From: Synechococcus sp.
GTDB taxonomy: Bacteria > Cyanobacteriota > Cyanobacteriia > Thermostichales > PCC-7336
NCBI GenBank assembly: GCA_051439425.1
Contig: JBFRWD010000086.1
Span: forward strand, 1-14,556
Direction: 5' to 3'
Length of the DNA: 14,556 bases
Shown: in pieces, positions 7,638-14,556 of the stretch
Position numbering within the stretch: the first letter of the stretch is position 1
Layout: each line of letters starts with the position of its first letter
Notes under the pieces: generated by a model
Told to the model about the DNA's origin: nothing
Databases searched by the model: none
What the model saw: the letters and a program-made list of their open reading frames with translations, nothing else
Position numbers and translations under genes: made by a program

Positions 7638-8863
7638 TGATGTCTTCTCATCTATTCGGTCTATTTTTATTGCCTAACCATCCAGTTCTGGCGGTGGACT
7701 TCTCCCATTCCGTCTTGGATGAAAGCCAAGACATCTTCACCAACACATCCAACTTTTGGGAAACGATGTGGCAGGAGACGTTCTTAACCGGTGGGTTCAC
7801 GGGATTCGAATTCATCGTCTACGTGGCCATCATTATTAGCATCTTCGCGCTAGGCGTCTTTTGGGTACAGCTGGCCAAGGTCAGTCTCCGAAGCAACGAT
7901 TACAGCGACACCCTGAGCCGGTTAATGATGGCAGTTCTCTTGCTGGGTCTGCTAATGAACGGTGCTAGATTCCCGGCCCGTCTCACCTACGGCATTCGAC
8001 TGGCTACTTCCGGACTGACCCAGCAAGTTTTAAACGTTCAATTTCAAGAATCAACCATCCGCTCGGTGCTGCAAGATCGCGTGCTGACCAATTCGGGTTG
8101 GGAAATCCTGTCGGCGGAATACAAGAACTGTCAGGAAATGGGCCGTCCCATCGTGCCCGTCCACGTGCAGGATTTCACCGATACCACCAGCGCCGAACAA
8201 GCGGCAGTGTTTGCCAGACACGAATGCTATGGCGAGGTGGCGGTGCTGGCCGAACAGCTTCAAACCGAAGTGGAAACCAGCGGTTTGTGCCAGGGGGAAT
8301 GCGTTGCATTTCTGCGGTTTGCCGGACAAGTCCAAGACAGAATTCGCGAGCGGGAGCAAGCCTATCAAGAGGCCGACCTAGCCGACCAAATCCTCATGGA
8401 TCAACGTGCTGGCTTGGAAATGTTTGACGTGCTGCTGGAGGATGTCTTTTCTCGCACCACCAAAGCTCTGATGGGCCATACCCAGATCGCTCTGGTCAAC
8501 TTAATGGAGCTGGTGTTTTGGCTGTCGGCGCTGATATCGCCCATTGTCATTGCCTACTCCTTGTTTCCCACACGCACGGTGCGACCGTTTTGGATTTGGT
8601 TGATGACCCTCTCCAGCACCGGCTTATCGCTGATCTATTACGTGATTTTGATTGGGGCGATGGCCCTGTTTATGTCCGGCGAACTGGGAACGGCCACCAA
8701 CGATGTTGCCTTTTCCTTAGTGTTCGGTCTATTTGGTCCGGTGCTGGCGGTTGGATTGTCCACCGGAACGGCCTTTACCGCCGTAGCGGGGATGGCCCGC
8801 ACGGGGGCGGCGTTGGCCAGTGCTGCCCTGCAAACGGCAACGCTGGTGGCCCTGCGTCGATAA
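7637..8863 (+). CDS. Polytopic inner-membrane protein, VirB6/TrbL-like, about 408 aa
   Basis: Probable start is ATG 7637 (TGATG overlap with the upstream stop, SD GAGGAG at 7623-7628), not 7316. N-terminal TM pair, a large loop with four Cys, then a C-terminal TM cluster and a Gly/Ala-rich tail. Confidence 0.72.
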   Translation: MMSSHLFGLFLLPNHPVLAVDFSHSVLDESQDIFTNTSNFWETMWQETFLTGGFTGFEFIVYVAIIISIFALGVFWVQLAKVSLRSNDYSDTLSRLMMAVLLLGLLMNGARFPARLTYGIRLATSGLTQQVLNVQFQESTIRSVLQDRVLTNSGWEILSAEYKNCQEMGRPIVPVHVQDFTDTTSAEQAAVFARHECYGEVAVLAEQLQTEVETSGLCQGECVAFLRFAGQVQDRIREREQAYQEADLADQILMDQRAGLEMFDVLLEDVFSRTTKALMGHTQIALVNLMELVFWLSALISPIVIAYSLFPTRTVRPFWIWLMTLSSTGLSLIYYVILIGAMALFMSGELGTATNDVAFSLVFGLFGPVLAVGLSTGTAFTAVAGMARTGAALASAALQTATLVALRR

Positions 8864-8864
8864 T

Positions 8865-8893
8865 CTGCCCCCTCAACCTGCCCCTTCAACCTG
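8865..8893 (+). repeat. Intergenic 13-bp tandem repeat
   Basis: CTGCCCCCTCAAC CTGCCCCTTCAAC CTG (12/13 identity between units) directly after the virB6-like stop. Confidence 0.7.
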
Positions 8894-8916
8894 TCAGTTG
8901 TGTCTTCGGTATTCCC

Positions 8917-9657
8917 ATGCTGAGTAATTTTCCTCTACCCGATCGCATCCCGCTCAAACGTCCCTCCTCCAAATGGGTAATGCCCCTGCTGACCTTGGGC
9001 AATACAGCAGCCCTCTCCATGCTCGTGCTGCTCAATATCGGCCATCTCTACTCGTTCAAATCCATCCGCGAGCAGCGGTCCACGTTTGTGCAAACCATCG
9101 ATGGCGAAGCATTACTGACCTCAGCCGTCGATCTGAATTTCCGCTCGGATGCCCTGATTCTGGGGGCGGTCAACGACTGGCTGGTGGGCTCTCTGGCTTG
9201 GAACGGCACGTACGAGGGAGAAGCCGACGAAGGGGTGCTGTTGGCCACAGACCGCAATACTCGGGTGCCCACGGATGTCTATCACCTGCAGCAATTCCTC
9301 AGTCCCAATCTGCGAGAGGGATTTTTGAGATCTCTGAGCGAGGCGATTGACTCGCGCAAAGTGCTGGATGGGTCAGTCGAGGCATATGTGGAACTGCAGT
9401 ACATCTCTCCCCCCGAACGCCATGAGGACGGCACGTTCGCGGTCAATGTGGTGGCGGAATGGGTGATTAACAATTACGCGGGTGACCGGCAGGTGCCCAC
9501 TCAAACGGTGATTCCCTTTAACCGAGTGATTCGGCTGCGGTCGGTGGTGCCCCCTCGTAGCCTGCTCACCGACCTAACGCCCGCTCAGAGTTTGGCGTTC
9601 AACATGCAAAAAAATGGCCTGCAGGTGATTGGTATCGGGAGTTTGAACGATGACTAG
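8917..9657 (+). CDS. Bitopic membrane protein, VirB8-like, about 246 aa
   Basis: Probable start is ATG 8917. Short basic N-terminus, one TM segment, then a helices-then-strands domain (YVELQYISPP, FAVNVVAEWV, FNRVIRLR, GLQVIGI) compatible with the VirB8 NTF2-like layout. Located between the virB6-like and virB10-like genes. Confidence 0.65.
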   Translation: MLSNFPLPDRIPLKRPSSKWVMPLLTLGNTAALSMLVLLNIGHLYSFKSIREQRSTFVQTIDGEALLTSAVDLNFRSDALILGAVNDWLVGSLAWNGTYEGEADEGVLLATDRNTRVPTDVYHLQQFLSPNLREGFLRSLSEAIDSRKVLDGSVEAYVELQYISPPERHEDGTFAVNVVAEWVINNYAGDRQVPTQTVIPFNRVIRLRSVVPPRSLLTDLTPAQSLAFNMQKNGLQVIGIGSLNDD

Positions 9658-9799
9658 CCAACCATTCACCGACCGGCTGCCCGCCTGGGTATTTTGGCCG
9701 CTGTTTGCCGCGCTCCTTGCCTCCTCAGCAGGCTCAGCAGTCGGACTGTACCTGCTCAATTCCTCCCCCGAACCGGTAAATTCTCATGAACAACTCTGA
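9650..9799 (+). CDS. Unannotated 49-aa single-TM microprotein
   Basis: MTSQPFTDRLPAWVFWPLFAALLASSAGSAVGLYLLNSSPEPVNSHEQL*. SD GGGAG at 9637-9641. Overlaps the upstream gene by 8 nt and the downstream gene by 14 nt. Confidence 0.6.
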   Translation: MTSQPFTDRLPAWVFWPLFAALLASSAGSAVGLYLLNSSPEPVNSHEQL

Positions 9800-11228
9800 C
9801 TCACACCATCCATTAGAAGCGGACATGGCCGCTGAACTGTCAGGATTTGACGGGTTCAATCTGGTGCAGCCAGGGGAGATGCCGGTGGACAGCGATGCGG
9901 TGCCCTGGTGGAAGCGGCCCATCTACCGGCTGGCTATTGTCGGGGTGGTGCTGTTTATCCCGATTTTCACCATCGCCAATTCTGTCACCGGGGGCGGTGC
10001 TCGGCAGGCGGCCTCTGAAGAGGCTGTGGCCTCGACTGCCTCGGAACCGTCCGAATCGGGTCAGGAAGTGGATCGGTTGCTGCAGGAGAATATGTTGCTG
10101 CAGCAGCGGGTCAATGCTTACGAAGGCACCCGTAGCGAGCTGCCGATGGACGGGCAGCCATCTGAGGCGGACGGGCAGCCTTCACTTCCTCCCATCGAGG
10201 TACCGGAAACACCGGCTGCTGCGACGGACGAGGGTATCACCGATCCGAGCGCTCCAGTGGCGACCGCTCCCAGCTTGTCTGCGAACGAGCGGTGGAGTCG
10301 AGCCTCGGGTAGCGGCAGTTTTGGCTCGATTCCTGGCGACCAAGTGGCGGCAGGTCCCTTGTCCAATCCGGCTGCGGTGACGCCCACGGACAATCCTGGG
10401 CAAGTCCCCGCTCTGACGGCTCAGCTGACCTCGGGTGAGCGGCAGCGCTACAACCCGTTCTCTGTGTCAGAGACGTTCGATACTCCCGGTTTGGATGCAA
10501 CGGGCGAGGGGGAGGCGATCTCGTCAGTTCCCGGCTCTTCAGTTCCGGGGTCTTCAGTGGCGATTGACTCCGAAGCCGAGAACTTCATCTTGCACGGTGT
10601 CATTCGCCGCACGGTTCCGGCAGGAGCAACCGCCACCGGGACCTTCGATGCCCCGTTCTACTGGGTTCCGGAGCTGGGGGATATCAGCTACCGGATCGTG
10701 ACGGATGCGGCGGTGAACGACCGACAGGGGAATGTGGCCTTCCCCACCGGGACAACGTTTGTCTCTTCGGTGGAACAAGTTTTGGACAACGGCTTGGTGC
10801 TGCTGGCTGTCCGCGAGGCAATTACCCCCGATGGTGTCACCACTCCCCTAGAAGGAGTCAGTGTCAAAGGGGAAGCGGGCCATCCCTTGGTGGCTCAACA
10901 GCAACGAATTACCGATGGGGTCGCTCGCCGCGATGTCATGACCGCTGTCTTGGGAGGGCTGTCGGCGGCGGCAGACGAATTAACCAGAGCTTCATCGTCA
11001 AGCTCCTACAGTTTCAGCTCGATTGGCAGTGCGGGCCGGACAACGATTGATGATGATTCCCGCAATCCGGGGGCGGCGTTTGTGGGGGGAGGGATTGATG
11101 CCGTGTTGCCGGATATTCAACAGCGCAACCGCGATGCGGTGCGACGGCTGCAGGAGACCGAGCAGATTTGGACGCTCGACCCCGAGCAGCCGGTGGAGAT
11201 TGTGTTTAACCAAACCGTTCAGCTTTAA
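9786..11228 (+). CDS. virB10: TrbI/VirB10-family T4SS core-complex protein, 480 aa
   Basis: Acidic N-terminal tail, one TM segment, short coiled coil and long Pro/Ser/Ala linker. C-terminal beta domain (VPAGATATG, VAFPTGTTF, VKGEAGHPLVA) with a Gly-rich helical hairpin, ending PVEIVFNQTVQL. Confidence 0.75.
   Translation: MNNSDSHHPLEADMAAELSGFDGFNLVQPGEMPVDSDAVPWWKRPIYRLAIVGVVLFIPIFTIANSVTGGGARQAASEEAVASTASEPSESGQEVDRLLQENMLLQQRVNAYEGTRSELPMDGQPSEADGQPSLPPIEVPETPAAATDEGITDPSAPVATAPSLSANERWSRASGSGSFGSIPGDQVAAGPLSNPAAVTPTDNPGQVPALTAQLTSGERQRYNPFSVSETFDTPGLDATGEGEAISSVPGSSVPGSSVAIDSEAENFILHGVIRRTVPAGATATGTFDAPFYWVPELGDISYRIVTDAAVNDRQGNVAFPTGTTFVSSVEQVLDNGLVLLAVREAITPDGVTTPLEGVSVKGEAGHPLVAQQQRITDGVARRDVMTAVLGGLSAAADELTRASSSSSYSFSSIGSAGRTTIDDDSRNPGAAFVGGGIDAVLPDIQQRNRDAVRRLQETEQIWTLDPEQPVEIVFNQTVQL
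10148..10180 (+). repeat. In-frame duplication with 21-bp period in the virB10 linker (DGQPS x2)
   Basis: GGACGGGCAGCC at 10148 and 10169. Confidence 0.7.
10521..10559 (+). repeat. In-frame 15-bp tandem repeat in the virB10 linker (SSVPG SSVPG SSV)
   Basis: TCGTCAGTTCCCGGC TCTTCAGTTCCGGGG TCTTCAGTG. Confidence 0.7.
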
Positions 11229-11243
11229 GTTTTGGAGGTCGAG

Positions 11244-12521
11244 ATGAGAGTTCAATCCTTAGGCCCGTTAGTTTGGGTGCCATTGGCTGCAACGGCGGCG
11301 GTGGGCAGTCCCATGCCTGTGTGGGCTCAGTCGTTCCAAACCACTCCAGCCACGTATGAGGCTTCGACCGCGTCGTTTGCCAATGGCGAGTACGGCACCA
11401 TCCGGCTCTATCCGGGATACGGCTTCACGCTCGATTTCTCCCAAACCGGTCAGGTGGTGCAGCGGGCCTGGCTGGATGACATGAGCGCCATCGGGATTGA
11501 CTTTTCGAATGGAACGCAGGAGACGATTGAGGCGCAATTTGTGCATTTGAAGTTGATCCCGGAGGTCAACTTTCAGGAGGTGTTGCGCAGTCTCGACGGC
11601 GGCACTCTGCTCACTCTGATTGCCTACGATCCCGTGCGCAATACCCAGCATCGCTATCAGTTCCGCATCTTCCCGGCTCAAGGGGTGCCCACCCACACGG
11701 CTTTGAATATCCAGCCGGAAGTGGCACCGATCGCCACACCGGCATCGCTATCCACAACCTTTTCGGTCAATGGCCTGGTGGATGCTCGGCCCGAGCATAT
11801 CCAAATGGGCTTGGGCAGTTTCATGAGCGAGCTGAGTCCCGACCAGATGCAACAGATTGGCGATGTCAGCGGTCGGGTAAACGAGCTGATTGCGCTGATG
11901 CATAACGGTACCGAAGCGACGGCTGCAGCGGTGCAGGTTGGCCTCTCGATGCAGATCGTGAACTACTTCGCGATGCGCGGGCTACAGGCATCACCTGCCA
12001 ATCCCCTCGGACTGATTGATGAGGTTCTCCCTCTGGAGCTGCAAGGGTATACCGATAGTGCGATTCCGGGTGAGGCGTCCAGTCCACAGCCAGCGCTGGC
12101 AGCTCCATCCATTCCCCCTCCCTTGGAGCGTTCCCAACAACCATCGACTGTCCCTCAGTTTGAAGCGACCGAGCCTGAGATACCGCCTTCAGATGACGAT
12201 CTTGTCTCGAAAGCCGACTCAGCCGCCATCTATCAAGCTCGAGTGCAAGAGTTTCAAGCGGAACTCGACCGACTGCCCGCGCCGGTTCGACTGGATGCCG
12301 ATGGCCGTCAGATGGTCAACTTCATCAAAATCGGCTCGGGAATTTATGGCAGAGACCATCACACCGACCTCACCTATCAACCTCGCGTTGTCGCTCTGCT
12401 GGCCTATCTCGAAGCCGGTCAATCACTCCCGGAAGCGTCTCGACAGGCTCAGTTTGATGAAGCCGAAACCAGCCAAATGCTGACGCTGGCTGAAGAAGCG
12501 CTAGACAGCATCGATTGGTAA
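11244..12521 (+). CDS. Secreted T4SS-associated protein, putative VirB9-like N-terminal beta domain plus two helical modules, about 425 aa
   Basis: SD GGAGG at 11234-11238 supports ATG 11244. Signal peptide ending PVWA. Beta-rich domain (TIRLYPGYGFTLDF, QRAWLDD, LLTLIA, YQFRI). Directly follows virB10. Confidence 0.6.
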   Translation: MRVQSLGPLVWVPLAATAAVGSPMPVWAQSFQTTPATYEASTASFANGEYGTIRLYPGYGFTLDFSQTGQVVQRAWLDDMSAIGIDFSNGTQETIEAQFVHLKLIPEVNFQEVLRSLDGGTLLTLIAYDPVRNTQHRYQFRIFPAQGVPTHTALNIQPEVAPIATPASLSTTFSVNGLVDARPEHIQMGLGSFMSELSPDQMQQIGDVSGRVNELIALMHNGTEATAAAVQVGLSMQIVNYFAMRGLQASPANPLGLIDEVLPLELQGYTDSAIPGEASSPQPALAAPSIPPPLERSQQPSTVPQFEATEPEIPPSDDDLVSKADSAAIYQARVQEFQAELDRLPAPVRLDADGRQMVNFIKIGSGIYGRDHHTDLTYQPRVVALLAYLEAGQSLPEASRQAQFDEAETSQMLTLAEEALDSIDW

Positions 12522-12527
12522 GCGGTG

Positions 12528-14556
12528 ATGAAGCTGGGTATCGATAGGGCATTCACAGCAACCATATCGTTGCCGATCGCGGCATCCTGCGCGATGGCGG
12601 CTGCGATTCAGTTTGGCCTGCCTGCATCAGCAGAATCGCGCCAGCGGGAGCGGGTGTGTGTCCAATTGCCTGCGGGGGTGTACGACTTAGTCGGCCGCCC
12701 GTTCAACCGGAACGGTTATTACTGTTTCGAGGATGAGCTGGACCGCAGCTACTTTTTACTGGAATATTTCCTCTCGGAATCGGGATTACCCCCCGAAGAA
12801 ACGCTGGGCATTCTTGGTGAAATTCAAGCGGTCGAGGGCGAGATCCGCGAGTTTATCGATGCCAATTCGATGTCCGAAACCATCAATGAGTACATCCAGC
12901 ATTATCAAGCGTCCACCCTAATCAAATTGGCCGATGACTATCTGTTCCCCGAGGGCTTCGATCCGACAGGGGCATTGCAAGAGGTCATTCCCGTTGATAT
13001 TGAGCAAATCGAACCGCTGGTGGATGCAGCGCTGGATGGGTCTCTCGAAGACATCGGATTCGATCTGCTGGAGGCTGCAGCTCCCACCATGACCGCTCAG
13101 ATCGATGGGGCGGTAGCACAGTATCTGGGCGGACAACTGGGAGAGGTGGTGGATGCCGACTTCATGGTGGGCTTGACCGAGACGATTGCTCCGGTGATTC
13201 AGGGGGATATTGATGGGCTACTGACCAGTGGGATTCTGGGAGATCGGTTCGACCAACTGTTGAACGAGCGCCTGAGCGCACAACTCTCCGGAGTGTTGGG
13301 AGACTCGGTAGCGGGGGAGCTGTCTTCGACACTCTCGGTACTGCTGCAGGGGGGAGATATTCAACAGACATTGGTCGCTAATGCCAGCAGTTTGGTCAGG
13401 GACAGGATTGAGGAGGTGGTCTTTGATGCGATTCAAACCAGTTTGGGGAACCAGATTGGGACGGTACTCGACAATTCGGTGCTCTCGGGTCTGGACGGTG
13501 CCTTGAATGAAGCGTTGGGGTTGGGATTGACCGATCTGCTTTCGGGGTCGCTCTCTCTGTCCGCAGGCTCGATTCGGGATGCAGCGGTGTCCACCGTCCG
13601 CACCATCGCCACCGATGCGCTGATTGCCAATACTCCGTTTGGGCAGTGGTCGGAACAGATTGGGGATTTGTTGGCCGAGCGGTTTGGGTTGGCCGGCATC
13701 GAACAGGCGATTGGTGTGGAAGGGTTGGAGTTGGTGGCGATTGCTTACGAGCTGCTTACTACACCGGGATTGTGGGCCTATTTGGATATTCCGCTGGGGT
13801 CGGCTGAGGGGGTGATTGACTACACCATCTCAGGCAGTGATGTGGAGGGGTGGTCGGTTCCTTGTTTGGAGTTATCGGATTGCGACCACATCGAGTTGGT
13901 CAGCGATATGTGGCCGGGGGTTCACGGTCGCCGCTGGGTTGCCTCCCAACAGATGGTTGAAGGGGGGCATAACTTTCCGTTGGACTTGCTGAATGGCGGG
14001 CAAGAGCCTACAGGTCGTCATTTGTTTGGCGATTTTAAGTTGGTGGTGCGCAGTGTGGATGAAGCGGCTGGGTCTGCTTCGTTTGGAATCTACATGCGTT
14101 TTTGTGTGAGCTTCTTTTTCTACGAGTCTTGCAGTCCTTATTTCATCGGGCCGTTGCCGTGGTTTTCGGCTAGGGAAAAGGATTTTGTGTTGATAGGGAA
14201 GGGAGGTTCAGCCCCGATTGATATTCCTGCTGGAGAAGGGCCACCGCCGCCACCAAATACTCCGGTCGATCCTCAGCCCACGCCAACTCCCGAGCCCATA
14301 CCGACTCCTTCGCCCGAGCCAACTCCCTCCGTTGAGGAATGTACTTCACCGCTGCATCCAGCTCCGGGTTATCCGGTTACCAGCAGCTTCGGATATCGAA
14401 CACACCCAATAACAGGTCTCGAAAGGCTTCACACAGGTATAGATTTGGGTGTCCCAGTCGGAGTTCCAATTCGGGCATCATGCTCAGGAAGTGTAGTCAT
14501 TGCTAATGAAAATGGTGGGTATGGGCTAATGGTTACCATCCAGCACGATGCTTCAT
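12528..14556 (+). CDS. Large secreted multidomain protein with a C-terminal M23 peptidase domain (3' partial, at least 676 aa; absent from the ORF track)
   Basis: Manual translation shows an uninterrupted frame from ATG 12528 to the window end. Signal peptide ending LPASA, acidic Leu/Gly-rich region, Cys-containing domain (TISGSDVEG...EPTGRH...CSPYFIGPLP), Pro/Thr linker, then PVTSSFGYRTHPITG...HTGIDLG...GGYGLMVTIQH. Confidence 0.9.
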   Translation, partial: MKLGIDRAFTATISLPIAASCAMAAAIQFGLPASAESRQRERVCVQLPAGVYDLVGRPFNRNGYYCFEDELDRSYFLLEYFLSESGLPPEETLGILGEIQAVEGEIREFIDANSMSETINEYIQHYQASTLIKLADDYLFPEGFDPTGALQEVIPVDIEQIEPLVDAALDGSLEDIGFDLLEAAAPTMTAQIDGAVAQYLGGQLGEVVDADFMVGLTETIAPVIQGDIDGLLTSGILGDRFDQLLNERLSAQLSGVLGDSVAGELSSTLSVLLQGGDIQQTLVANASSLVRDRIEEVVFDAIQTSLGNQIGTVLDNSVLSGLDGALNEALGLGLTDLLSGSLSLSAGSIRDAAVSTVRTIATDALIANTPFGQWSEQIGDLLAERFGLAGIEQAIGVEGLELVAIAYELLTTPGLWAYLDIPLGSAEGVIDYTISGSDVEGWSVPCLELSDCDHIELVSDMWPGVHGRRWVASQQMVEGGHNFPLDLLNGGQEPTGRHLFGDFKLVVRSVDEAAGSASFGIYMRFCVSFFFYESCSPYFIGPLPWFSAREKDFVLIGKGGSAPIDIPAGEGPPPPPNTPVDPQPTPTPEPIPTPSPEPTPSVEECTSPLHPAPGYPVTSSFGYRTHPITGLERLHTGIDLGVPVGVPIRASCSGSVVIANENGGYGLMVTIQHDAS

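Larger units (their letters stand above)
1640..14556. mobile_element. Transfer (T4SS/MPF) region of a cyanobacterial-type conjugative plasmid or ICE; boundaries lie outside the window
   Basis: Tightly coupled operon with a VirB4-like ATPase, VirB10-like and VirB6-like genes, and cell-wall hydrolases. Confidence 0.75.

Noticed and set aside
8518..8916. N-terminal extension of the virB8-like ORF in the track (379 aa)
   Set aside because: It overlaps the virB6-like gene out of frame and reads as non-protein-like. ATG 8917 gives typical bitopic topology.
9650..9799. VirB7 lipoprotein assignment for the microprotein
   Set aside because: No cysteine and no lipobox.
3574..12552. Many alternate-frame and antisense ORFs inside the T4SS genes
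   Set aside because: They are nested in well-supported genes, have Arg/Pro/Ser-rich shadow composition and show no motifs.
12733..14412. Short track ORFs in the right-hand region
   Set aside because: They are shadow frames of the long ORF starting at 12528.

Overview
This window looks like the mating-pair-formation region of a cyanobacterial-type conjugative element (MPF_C-like type IV secretion system, on a plasmid or ICE). An AT-rich, repeat-containing spacer (2407-2746) separates two divergent gene clusters. The rightward cluster encodes, in order: a pilin-like membrane protein, a VirB3-VirB4-like fused ATPase, VirB5-, VirB6- and VirB8-like proteins, a 49-aa membrane microprotein absent from the ORF track, TrbI/VirB10-like and VirB9-like proteins, and a large secreted multidomain protein. 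That last gene is also absent from the track (12528 to window end, at least 676 aa) and ends in an M23 peptidase domain. The leftward cluster holds a small membrane protein, a second stand-alone secreted M23 peptidase and two hypothetical proteins, and converges on a hypothetical + strand gene. No relaxase, coupling protein, rRNA, tRNA, CRISPR array or transposase is visible. VirB-like labels other than VirB4 and VirB10 rest on topology, gene order and remembered similarity to cyanobacterial plasmid proteins; no search was run.
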